Part shown: in pieces, positions 53,235 to 61,057 of the stretch
Numbering within the stretch: the stretch's first letter is position 1
How the letters are laid out: every line of letters begins with the position of its first letter
Source of the DNA: Candidatus Sulfotelmatobacter sp.
GTDB lineage: Bacteria; Acidobacteriota; Terriglobia; Terriglobales; Acidobacteriaceae
Length of the DNA stretch: 64,000 nt
Direction: 5' to 3'
Assembly (NCBI GenBank): GCA_030038125.1
Contig: JASHPL010000454.1
Coordinates: 2,261-66,260, forward strand
Translations under genes and position numbers: made by a program
The notes under the pieces: model-generated
Databases searched by the model: none
Seen by the model: only the letters and a program-made list of their open reading frames with translations
What the model was told of the DNA's origin: nothing

Positions 53235-54559
53235 GCAGCGCCACTCCAGCAACCACCCAAAATCAAAGCAAACCACGCTGGGAGCGCTATGTTCCCGTGT
53301 ACGGATTTCCTGTCGTCAATTCATTCTTTGTCGTCCTCTCATTGCTGGTCATCGTGGCCTTCGTGCTGACGGCATACCGCGAGTTGGCGGGGCTGGGCCC
53401 GGTAAGCGGCATGAACGACGCGTACGGCTGGGGGATCTGGAAGACATTCAACGTGATGGTGCTGACCGCGCTGGGATCAGGCGCATTTGCCGTGGGTATC
53501 GCCGCCTGGGTGTTCCGGCGCAAGCGCATGCATTCCCTCATGCGCATGGCGCTGCTTACCAGCTTTTTGGCGTACGCCTGCGGTCTGCTTCTGTTGGGAA
53601 TCGACGCTGGCCGTCCCTGGAATTTCTACTGGATGGTCTTCCCGTGGAAATGGAATTTGCACTCGCCGCTGGCCGAAGTCGCGATCTGCATGTCGATTTA
53701 CGCCATGATCCCTTTGGCGGTCGAAAATATTCCTCCCGTCCTGGAAAGGCTGTGGTATTTCGACTCCCGCCTGCGGCCGGTTGTAACCATCATTGAACGC
53801 CGCCTGCACTACTTCTTCCCCTGGATTATCGCGGCGGCGTACCTGCTGCCCGGCATGCATCAATCGTCGCTGGGAGCGCTGATGCTGCTGGCCGGCGAGC
53901 GAGTCCATCCGCTCTGGCAGACGCCGTGGCTGCCCCTGCTCTACCTGGGTGCCGCGAGTTTCATGTCTTTCGGTTGCGTCGCCGGAACCACCATGCTCTG
54001 CTGCCTGGTGTGGAAGCGGGCCATGGATATGGAAGTTCTCGACGAAGCCGCGAGAATCACCGCCTGGCTGATCTTTGGCTGGCTCGGGCTCAGGCTGCTC
54101 GACATTCTTTTCCGCGGCGCTTTAGGAACGGCGTTTCACTTCGATCGCTTCGCGGCCGTGTTCTGGCTGGAAACCCTTTCCATTGCCATCGGCGGCTGGC
54201 TGCTTGTTCGCTCGCTTCGCTTTCACGATCCGCAGCCCATGTTCGTGGGTTATGTACTCAGCTCCGCCGGGGGCATGATTTATCGCTTCAGTCCTACGAC
54301 TCTGGCGTTCCGGCCGAATCCGGAAGCGCTGTATTTTCCAGCAACCATCGAAATCCTGGTTTCGCTGGGCTTCATCTCCCTTGGAGTTCTCGGATTTCTG
54401 ATCGCAGTCAAACGCCTGGCTATTCTCCCCGCTCCGTTGCAGGAGTGGTACGACATGGCCAGCTACTTCCGCTTCCGGCGTCCCTACATTCGCTGGACGG
54501 GTTATTTCAAATTCGGATTTTTTGGCGAGGAAGAGTCCGAAGCTTCAGGTTCCGATTAA
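53231..54559 (+). CDS. HybB/NrfD-family integral membrane quinone-interacting subunit
   Basis: 442 aa, ~10 TM helices. Sits between the FeS subunit and the large subunit as in hybOABC. ATGA overlap with the upstream gene. Confidence 0.75.
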   Translation: MSSATPATTQNQSKPRWERYVPVYGFPVVNSFFVVLSLLVIVAFVLTAYRELAGLGPVSGMNDAYGWGIWKTFNVMVLTALGSGAFAVGIAAWVFRRKRMHSLMRMALLTSFLAYACGLLLLGIDAGRPWNFYWMVFPWKWNLHSPLAEVAICMSIYAMIPLAVENIPPVLERLWYFDSRLRPVVTIIERRLHYFFPWIIAAAYLLPGMHQSSLGALMLLAGERVHPLWQTPWLPLLYLGAASFMSFGCVAGTTMLCCLVWKRAMDMEVLDEAARITAWLIFGWLGLRLLDILFRGALGTAFHFDRFAAVFWLETLSIAIGGWLLVRSLRFHDPQPMFVGYVLSSAGGMIYRFSPTTLAFRPNPEALYFPATIEILVSLGFISLGVLGFLIAVKRLAILPAPLQEWYDMASYFRFRRPYIRWTGYFKFGFFGEEESEASGSD

Positions 54560-54571
54560 CGAAGGCTGAAT

Positions 54572-56272
54572 ATGGCGAAACGAATCACCATTGATCCTAT
54601 TACCAGAATCGAAGGCCACCTCCGCATCGACGTGGAGGTCGACAATAACACGGTCAGCAACGCCTGGGCTTCGTGCACCATGTGGCGCGGAATCGAAAAG
54701 ATTCTCCGTGGCCGCGATCCGCGCGACGCGTGGCTGTTCACCCAGCGCTTTTGCGGCGTCTGCACCACCGTACACGCCATGGCCAGCGTGCGCGCGGTCG
54801 AGGACGCACTCAAGCTGGAAATTCCGCTAAACGCGCAGTATATCCGCAATCTGATTCTGATCGCTCACGCCCTGCATGATCACATTGTGCATTTCTATCA
54901 GCTTTCGGCACTGGACTGGGTCGACGTGCTCGAAATTCCAAAAGCTGATCCCGCGGCGGCATCGAAGCTGGCGGAGAGCCTCTCGCCCTGGACGCGCAAC
55001 TCGCGCAACGAACTGAAGGCTGCGCAAGACCGCGTGAAAGCGGTCGCCAGCAGCGGCCAATTGGGCATCTTTGCCAACGGTTATTGGGGACATCCAGCGA
55101 TGCGGCTCTCGCCCGACGTCAATCTGCTTGCGTTTTCGCATTACGTGCAAGCGCTCGAATATCAGCGCAAAGCTTTGCAGGTGGTGGGGATTCTGGGCTC
55201 GAAGACCCCGCACATTCAGAACCTGACCGTGGGAGGCGTGGCCAACGCGATCGATCTCGACGGTCAGAGCGCCCTGGGGATGGAAAAGCTGGAGATGATT
55301 CGCACCCTGTTGGCCGAAGTCATCGAGTTCGTGCAGCAGGTTTATTTTGTCGACGTCTGTGCCGTAGCGGCGATGTATCCCGATTGGTTCAAGATTGGCA
55401 GCGGAGTGCGCAATTACCTCGCGGTTCCCGATCTTCCGCTGGATTCGCGCGGGTCCGCCTATGATCTGCCGGGCGGATACATTCGCAACGGCGACCTTGC
55501 CGGGACCAAGCCATTTCAAACCGCGTCGGATGCCGTTTTCCGGCAAGCGGTGAGCGAAGACGTTGTGCACGCCTACTACCAAGGCGATAAACCGTTGCAT
55601 CCTTGGGTGGGCGAGACCGAGCCGGCGTTCACCGGTTGGAACGGGGAACAAAAATACTCGTGGGTGAAGGCGCCGCGCTTCAACGGCGAACCCATGCAGG
55701 TCGGTCCGCTGGCGCAGGTTCTGATCGGTTATGCCCAGGGACATCCGCTGACGCGCAAATACACTGACCTGGCAATCGAAAAGGTTGCCGCGGTTGGCGG
55801 AGCTCGCGCCACTCCGGCGGCCCTGCACTCCACGCTCGGACGCCATGCCGCCCGCGCCATTCGCGCCTGCATGCTGGCCGAGCTGGCGCAAAAGCATTTG
55901 CAACTGCTGACCGACAACATCGCCAAAGGCGATTACACAGTGCACAATCAACCCGTGTTGCCTTCGCATGAAGTGGAAGGCGTGGGAACGCACGAAGCGC
56001 CTCGCGGTACGCTTTCGCACTGGATCGTGATCAAAAACGAGAAGATCAAGAATTACCAGGCAGTCGTGCCTTCTACGTGGAATGCGAGTCCGCGCGACCA
56101 TGCCGGTGCTCACGGGCCTTATGAAGCCTCGCTGCTGCAGACTCCTCTGGCGCGGCCCGAGGAACCGCTGGAAGTATTGCGCACCGTACACTCCTTCGAT
56201 CCTTGCATGGCGTGCGCATGTCACGCGTTCGATCCTTCCGGCCGAAAAATTGGAGTGGCGAAGATTCTGTGA
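54572..56272 (+). CDS. [NiFe] hydrogenase large subunit
   Basis: 'ITIDPITRIEGHLRIDVEV', L1 'RFCGVCTTVH', L2 'DPCMACACH' followed by a 15-aa C-terminal extension (AFDPSGRKIGVAKIL), the expected endopeptidase substrate. Confidence 0.95.
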   Translation: MAKRITIDPITRIEGHLRIDVEVDNNTVSNAWASCTMWRGIEKILRGRDPRDAWLFTQRFCGVCTTVHAMASVRAVEDALKLEIPLNAQYIRNLILIAHALHDHIVHFYQLSALDWVDVLEIPKADPAAASKLAESLSPWTRNSRNELKAAQDRVKAVASSGQLGIFANGYWGHPAMRLSPDVNLLAFSHYVQALEYQRKALQVVGILGSKTPHIQNLTVGGVANAIDLDGQSALGMEKLEMIRTLLAEVIEFVQQVYFVDVCAVAAMYPDWFKIGSGVRNYLAVPDLPLDSRGSAYDLPGGYIRNGDLAGTKPFQTASDAVFRQAVSEDVVHAYYQGDKPLHPWVGETEPAFTGWNGEQKYSWVKAPRFNGEPMQVGPLAQVLIGYAQGHPLTRKYTDLAIEKVAAVGGARATPAALHSTLGRHAARAIRACMLAELAQKHLQLLTDNIAKGDYTVHNQPVLPSHEVEGVGTHEAPRGTLSHWIVIKNEKIKNYQAVVPSTWNASPRDHAGAHGPYEASLLQTPLARPEEPLEVLRTVHSFDPCMACACHAFDPSGRKIGVAKIL

Positions 56273-56814
56273 AACACGCACTTATTGGCGGTATCGGAAA
56301 CATTCTGCTCGGCGATGATGGCGTCGGGCCGTATGTGGTGCGCCTGCTTGACGCCTGGTACAGGTTTGCGGAAAACGTCGAGATCGCCGATCTGGGCACG
56401 CCGGCGCTCGATCTGACGCAGCGCATCGCCGGCCTCGATTGCGTGATTCTTGTGGATTCGATTTCGAGTGACGACGCTCCGGGAACCATTCTGCTTTATG
56501 GCAAGTCTGAGATCGTCTGCCAGACACCGTCTCCGCGGCTCGATCCTCACTCCCCAGCCCTTTCCGAGTGCCTGATGGCCGCGGAGATGCTGGGCTGCAG
56601 CCCCAAGAACGTATTGCTGGTGGGAATTGTTGGGAAATCCTATGAGCCCGGAGATCCCCTAAGCAACGTAGTTCGTGAATCGGTCGGAGAAGCAGTGAAC
56701 GCAATTCTGGGTGAGTTGAAACGGCTCGATTTCGACTTCGAGAAGCGCGTCGCGGCAAAACCGCCCAATATCTGGTGGGACAACGCTGAAGTCGAAAACG
56801 TGGCTCCCTGCTAA
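56269..56814 (+). CDS. hydrogenase maturation endopeptidase (HybD/HyaD family)
   Basis: 'LIGGIGNILLGDDGVGPYVV...ADLGTPALDL...VILVDSI...DPHS'. The GTG at 56269 forms a GTGA overlap with the large-subunit stop. Confidence 0.85.
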   Translation: MKHALIGGIGNILLGDDGVGPYVVRLLDAWYRFAENVEIADLGTPALDLTQRIAGLDCVILVDSISSDDAPGTILLYGKSEIVCQTPSPRLDPHSPALSECLMAAEMLGCSPKNVLLVGIVGKSYEPGDPLSNVVRESVGEAVNAILGELKRLDFDFEKRVAAKPPNIWWDNAEVENVAPC

Positions 56815-56992
56815 GAGCCATTTCACCATCGCTCCGGCGAGTTTTCGGCGGCTGGGGCCAAAATCCTGTCAAGGGGGTTTGGAATCACGTTTCGATGTAA
56901 GTTGCTGCAACGACGGACAATATATTTTTCTAGAAATGTCCGGTTTACCCCTGGCAATTTGCTATTCTGAAAATAGAGAGGAAATTTTAAAG

Positions 56993-57019
56993 AGCGCGGC
57001 CTCAAGGTCGCGCTTTTTC
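56993..57019. terminator. bidirectional rho-independent terminator
   Basis: 9-bp stem AGCGCGGCC (56993-57001) / GGTCGCGCT (57006-57014) with one G-U pair, loop TCAA. TTTTT on the plus strand and a T-rich tract (CTCTTTAAAATTT) on the minus strand. Lies 14 nt past the stop of the minus-strand gene. Confidence 0.7.
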
Positions 57020-57032
57020 TATTCGGCTCATG

Positions 57033-58148
57033 CTATTCAAACTGCAACAGTACGATTTCCGGGTTCGATCCCAGGCGCAATGGCGGTCCCCAGGTGCCAG
57101 CACCGCTCGAAGTGAAGACCTGCATCTTTCCGATTCGACTCAGCCCGTAGGCAAATCTGCCGTAAATTCTTCGAACCATCCAGGTGAAAGGAATGTATTG
57201 TCCGAGATGAGTGTGCCCGGAAAGTTGCAAAGAGAAACCCGCGGCCTCTGCAATCTCAGGATGATCGGGCGCGTGAGTGAGCAAAATGCTGGCTCGATTG
57301 CGGTCCAGAGATAACGCACGCAAGTTTTGGGCAAGTGGTGCGGGATGCACGGCTTCGCGATGGGGAACACCTACAAGCTGTAATCCATCGAGTTCCACTT
57401 TTTCGCTGCGGAGCACGCGTACGCCCGCGGCTTCGACGGCGTTAAGGTATTTGGTATCGTCCCTGAATTGCTCGTGATTGCCGGCAACGAAATATACACC
57501 GAGTGGAGCGTGCAGCTGTTTCAAAGGCATTGCCGCTCGCTCGGCGTCGATGGCGGTTCCGTCGTAGAGATCACCGGCGATGAAAACCGCGTCCGGATGT
57601 TCCTGTAGAATGCTGGAAACCATTCGTCGCAGGAAGCCGCCGTTCCGTACGGGTCCCAAGTGTAGATCGCTGATCAAGGCCGCCTTACGGCCTCGCCAGG
57701 CCGAGGGCAAGTTTGCGAGCTTTACAGTAATTCGCGTGACTCGGGTCCAGTTCGCATTGAAAACGGCGAACACACCGGCAGTTATGGCAGCACCGAAGAG
57801 CCATTCGACCGTGCGGTGAAAGTTCAGGTGCAAGCCGGCTACAGCTGTAACGGCCAGAATGATCCACGCGGCAATTGCCGTCAGGACGAGGAAAGTGAGC
57901 AGCCCCAGCCACACGGCGGCGGCCCTGTAAAATGCGCGCAGAACTTGATTCGTATAGCGAAACACCAGTAGCGAGGCTGTGACAAAACTAACGGACAAGA
58001 CTCCCAGGGCAATCTTGATCCATAACTCTCCCGGGGGATCGATTGCACCGGGGGAGTAAGTCCAGGTTTTATAAATGAGCAAATGCGTCAGGAAAAGCAC
58101 GGATTGGATAATGACGATGAAGCGAATGATGCGAAGGCGAAGGCGCAT
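57033..58148 (-). CDS. membrane-anchored metallophosphoesterase (calcineurin-like)
   Basis: N-terminal 4-5 TM helices, then 'ISDLHLG', 'FIAGDLYDG', 'VAGNHE', 'LTHAP', 'SGHTHLG'. The ATG at 58148 is preferred over the track start at 58211. Confidence 0.85.
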   Translation of the reverse strand: MRLRLRIIRFIVIIQSVLFLTHLLIYKTWTYSPGAIDPPGELWIKIALGVLSVSFVTASLLVFRYTNQVLRAFYRAAAVWLGLLTFLVLTAIAAWIILAVTAVAGLHLNFHRTVEWLFGAAITAGVFAVFNANWTRVTRITVKLANLPSAWRGRKAALISDLHLGPVRNGGFLRRMVSSILQEHPDAVFIAGDLYDGTAIDAERAAMPLKQLHAPLGVYFVAGNHEQFRDDTKYLNAVEAAGVRVLRSEKVELDGLQLVGVPHREAVHPAPLAQNLRALSLDRNRASILLTHAPDHPEIAEAAGFSLQLSGHTHLGQYIPFTWMVRRIYGRFAYGLSRIGKMQVFTSSGAGTWGPPLRLGSNPEIVLLQFE

Positions 58149-58233
58149 AGTTAATTGGATTCCACAAACCGCGTTCCGGATTTTTAACTCATTTCCAGAA
58201 CAACCTGCCAAAAGAGACGCGGCAACGCAAGTA

Positions 58234-60222
58234 TTGCGATGGAGCTTCGGAAAATCGCTAATCGCAATACTGGCGGCTTCCTGTGCTGGAGCGGCGATGT
58301 TATGGGCGCAGGTCTCCGAACCGGCCCAGCCGGCGAAGGCTCCGACTCAGAGCAGTACTCCGGCGAAGGCTCCGACTCAAACCACCGCTACTGCGCCGCA
58401 GAACGAAATCAATCTATTGCCTCGGCTAGAGCTTGACGGCAATGCCGTGCTGCACAATCTGAATCAGGTGATCAGCTGGTATCGCCGCGCGACCACCAGC
58501 ATTCAGCCGGTCGGGCTGCCCAGCGACACGATTTATCAGGACAATACAAAAGATCTGGGAGCACAGGCCGTTCGACTGGCTTTCCAATCCGCGAAAGCCG
58601 AAACGGCGCTGATCGCGGCTCAGCAAAAAGCTGCTCAAACCTCGGGCCAGACAACGCAGCAGCAAAATCTGGTGCAACTGGAACAGAAAACTACCGCCCA
58701 GATCGATCAATTTCAGTCACAGATCAAAAGCCTCGAGGAGCAAATCGAGAGATCCACGCCTGCCCGGCGACGCACGCTGATTTCGCAACGCGACGCGCTC
58801 CAAGGCGAACTGAATCTACAGAAGGCGCTGCTCGATGCGATTCAGAAAATGGCGACCTTTGTAGAGAGTAACACCGCGATCGCCGGCGGACTCGAGGCCG
58901 AGGTCAATCGATTGGCGAAATCCGTTCCTGAAGTCTTAAGCACGGCAACTTCGCAAAACAAATCTACGAGCTCAACGCCCTCCAAACCTTCCATCGCGAC
59001 TTCCGGCGGGCTGATCAGCGAAGCGATGTCGCTTTACGACTACATGAGCACCATGCGGCAGATCGAGTCCATGATCCAGGAAACGGATCAGACGCGCGAT
59101 GTGGCGGATCAGCTGCGAACTCCGCTGCGGGACGCACTGCGTGCAACCATCCAGCAGAGCCAGCAAATGGCCAATCAGCCCCCGGCCACGGATCCACAGC
59201 AACTGGAAACCCAGCAGCAAACATTTCAAGCGCTGACCGATCGCTTCAAGCAGCTCACCGCCGCGCTTCTGCCGTTGAGCCAGGCAATGATTGTTCTGAA
59301 CGACGTCAACACGAATTTTAACGAGTGGCGCGACTCGATCGGCCGGGAGTCGAAGTATGTGCTTCGTTCCCTGGTGCTGCGAGTGGTGGGCATTGCTCTT
59401 GCCCTGGCCGTAGTCCTGATTCTCTCGGAAATCTGGCGGCGTATTACTTTCCGTTACATTGGCGATCCCCGGCGCCGGCGACAGTTTCTGGTCATGCGAC
59501 GGGTGGTCACTGGCATCCTGTTTGTCATCGTCCTGATTTTCGGCTTCGTCAGCGAATTCAGTTCCCTGGCGACTTTTGCGGGATTCATCACGGCGGGCGT
59601 TGCTGTCGCTTTACAAGCCCTAATTCTTTCCGTCGCCGCTTATTTTTTCATCATAGGGCGATACGGAATCCGCGTGGGCGACCGAATCAGTATTGCAGGC
59701 ATAACCGGGGATGTAGTCGACATCGGACTGGTGCGTTTCTACCTGATGGAACTGGCGGGCACCGGACTCGACCTGTATCCGACAGGACGGATCGTTGTCT
59801 TCTCCAACTCGGTTCTCTTTCAGGCTGGGACGCCGCTGTTCAAACAAATCCCCGGAACCGACTACGCATGGCACGAAGTGGTGGTGATGATTGCGCCGGA
59901 TGGAAATCACAAGGCAGCGCAAGACAAGTTAGTGGCGGCCGTGAACGCAGTGTATTCGAAGTACCGCGATCGGATCGAACGCCAGCATGCCAATATTGAG
60001 CGCCGCGTCGATATCCAAATCGCGCAGCCGCGGCCTGACGCGCGCCTGCAGTTCACCGACGCGGGGTTGGAGTTGCTGGTGCGCTACCCGGTGGATATTC
60101 GGAGAGCGCCGGATATCGACGAGGAGATGACCAGGCAAGTGCTGCAGTTGACCGAGAGCGACGCGGAATTGAAAGGAGCTCTGGCGGGGAATCCGAAAAT
60201 CCGTTCAGCGGTACGGGGCTAA
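58234..60222 (+). CDS. MscS-family mechanosensitive channel with long N-terminal periplasmic Q-rich coiled-coil domain
   Basis: C-terminal 'GIRVGDRISIAGITGDVVDIGLVRFYLMEL' (MscS beta-domain), preceded by 3-4 TM helices. The TTG at 58234 gives leader RWSFGKSLIAILAASCAGAAMLWAQ. The track start at 58075 would overlap the divergent gene. Confidence 0.8.
   Translation: MRWSFGKSLIAILAASCAGAAMLWAQVSEPAQPAKAPTQSSTPAKAPTQTTATAPQNEINLLPRLELDGNAVLHNLNQVISWYRRATTSIQPVGLPSDTIYQDNTKDLGAQAVRLAFQSAKAETALIAAQQKAAQTSGQTTQQQNLVQLEQKTTAQIDQFQSQIKSLEEQIERSTPARRRTLISQRDALQGELNLQKALLDAIQKMATFVESNTAIAGGLEAEVNRLAKSVPEVLSTATSQNKSTSSTPSKPSIATSGGLISEAMSLYDYMSTMRQIESMIQETDQTRDVADQLRTPLRDALRATIQQSQQMANQPPATDPQQLETQQQTFQALTDRFKQLTAALLPLSQAMIVLNDVNTNFNEWRDSIGRESKYVLRSLVLRVVGIALALAVVLILSEIWRRITFRYIGDPRRRRQFLVMRRVVTGILFVIVLIFGFVSEFSSLATFAGFITAGVAVALQALILSVAAYFFIIGRYGIRVGDRISIAGITGDVVDIGLVRFYLMELAGTGLDLYPTGRIVVFSNSVLFQAGTPLFKQIPGTDYAWHEVVVMIAPDGNHKAAQDKLVAAVNAVYSKYRDRIERQHANIERRVDIQIAQPRPDARLQFTDAGLELLVRYPVDIRRAPDIDEEMTRQVLQLTESDAELKGALAGNPKIRSAVRG
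58330..58389 (+). repeat. 30-nt in-frame tandem duplication (2 units) inside the MscS gene
   Basis: CCGGCGAAGGCTCCGACTCA occurs exactly at 58330-58349 and 58360-58379. It encodes PAKAPTQSST / PAKAPTQTTA. Confidence 0.7.
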
Positions 60223-60242
60223 GCGCAGATGGGGACTTATTT

Positions 60243-60920
60243 TTAGTGACGCGCGCTCGCCCGTGCGACAGGTGCTCGCGACCGGGAACCGAATTTGCGG
60301 CGAGGCCGTGCTCCGCTTAGCACCAGGGCAGAAAGGCGATCGACAAAATCGCCCGTCAGGCGATCATGCCGGATCAGAAAGCGCATGTAGATCGCTCCAT
60401 AGAGCGAATCGAGAAGCAGATCCAGATCCACTCCGCGGCGTAATTCTCCACGAAGAATCCCTCGGCGAAGCGTGGCATAAGCTTCGCGGCGCCGTGGCTT
60501 CAGGAAGCGCTCGCGAAAGGCCGTAATCAGTTCCGGGTCGCTTTGACCCGCAGCGAGAATGGCGGAAACGATGCGTCCTTGCGGGCTACAAAAGACCTTG
60601 ATCAGTTGGCGCATCTGTTGGCTCATATCGGTATGGACCGATCCGGTGTCGGGGAAGCGTAACTTCGGGGTGGTACTGCTGGCAAATGCGTCGGCGATCA
60701 GCGCACCCTTATTGGGCCACCAACGGTAGACCGTAGCTTTCCCGACCGCAGCGCGATCCGCGACTCCCTCGATGGTCAAGTCGGAAAAGCCGGCTTTTCC
60801 GAGAATGTTGAGAGTGCTTCGCAGAATGGCTAGACGAGCCTGTTCGCTGCGCGGGCGCCCGGGAGGACGTTTCCCGTTTCCATTGGCCCCGTGCGTAGTG
60901 GTCGACGACTTATGGTGCAT
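60243..60920 (-). CDS. TetR/AcrR-family transcriptional regulator
   Basis: 'ILRSTLNILGKAGFSDLTIEGVADRAAVGKATVYRWWPNKGALIADAF' is the canonical TetR HTH. Divergent from the RND pump gene. Confidence 0.9.
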   Translation of the reverse strand: MHHKSSTTTHGANGNGKRPPGRPRSEQARLAILRSTLNILGKAGFSDLTIEGVADRAAVGKATVYRWWPNKGALIADAFASSTTPKLRFPDTGSVHTDMSQQMRQLIKVFCSPQGRIVSAILAAGQSDPELITAFRERFLKPRRREAYATLRRGILRGELRRGVDLDLLLDSLYGAIYMRFLIRHDRLTGDFVDRLSALVLSGARPRRKFGSRSRAPVARASARH

Positions 60921-60963
60921 TCTCTAACGTTACCATATAATGATTGTTCGAAGTATTAGAATC

Positions 60964-60980
60964 CGATACGGACAGTATCG
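60964..60980. promoter_or_regulatory. palindromic operator candidate in the tetR/RND divergent intergenic region
   Basis: CGATAC (60964-60969) - GGACA - GTATCG (60975-60980), a perfect 6-bp inverted repeat. A TATAAT hexamer lies at 60936-60941. Confidence 0.35.
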
Positions 60981-61057
60981 AATCTATTAGTGTCTCTCGG
61001 AGCGGGCTTTGAACCATTGTCAACGTCCGCGGTTCGGCGATCTGTGGGTATCATCTC

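Noticed and set aside
51107-56272. Possibility of an O2-tolerant (group 1d) or [NiFeSe] hydrogenase.
   Set aside because: The proximal-cluster motif is CTGC, not the supernumerary-cysteine CTCC type. The large-subunit C-terminal motif is DPCMACACH with Cys and no in-frame TGA.
57055-57080. tRNA T-arm-like sequence CCGGGTTCGATCCCAGG.
   Set aside because: The stem has a mismatch, no acceptor or anticodon arms can be built around it, and it lies inside the well-supported C-terminus of the metallophosphoesterase gene.
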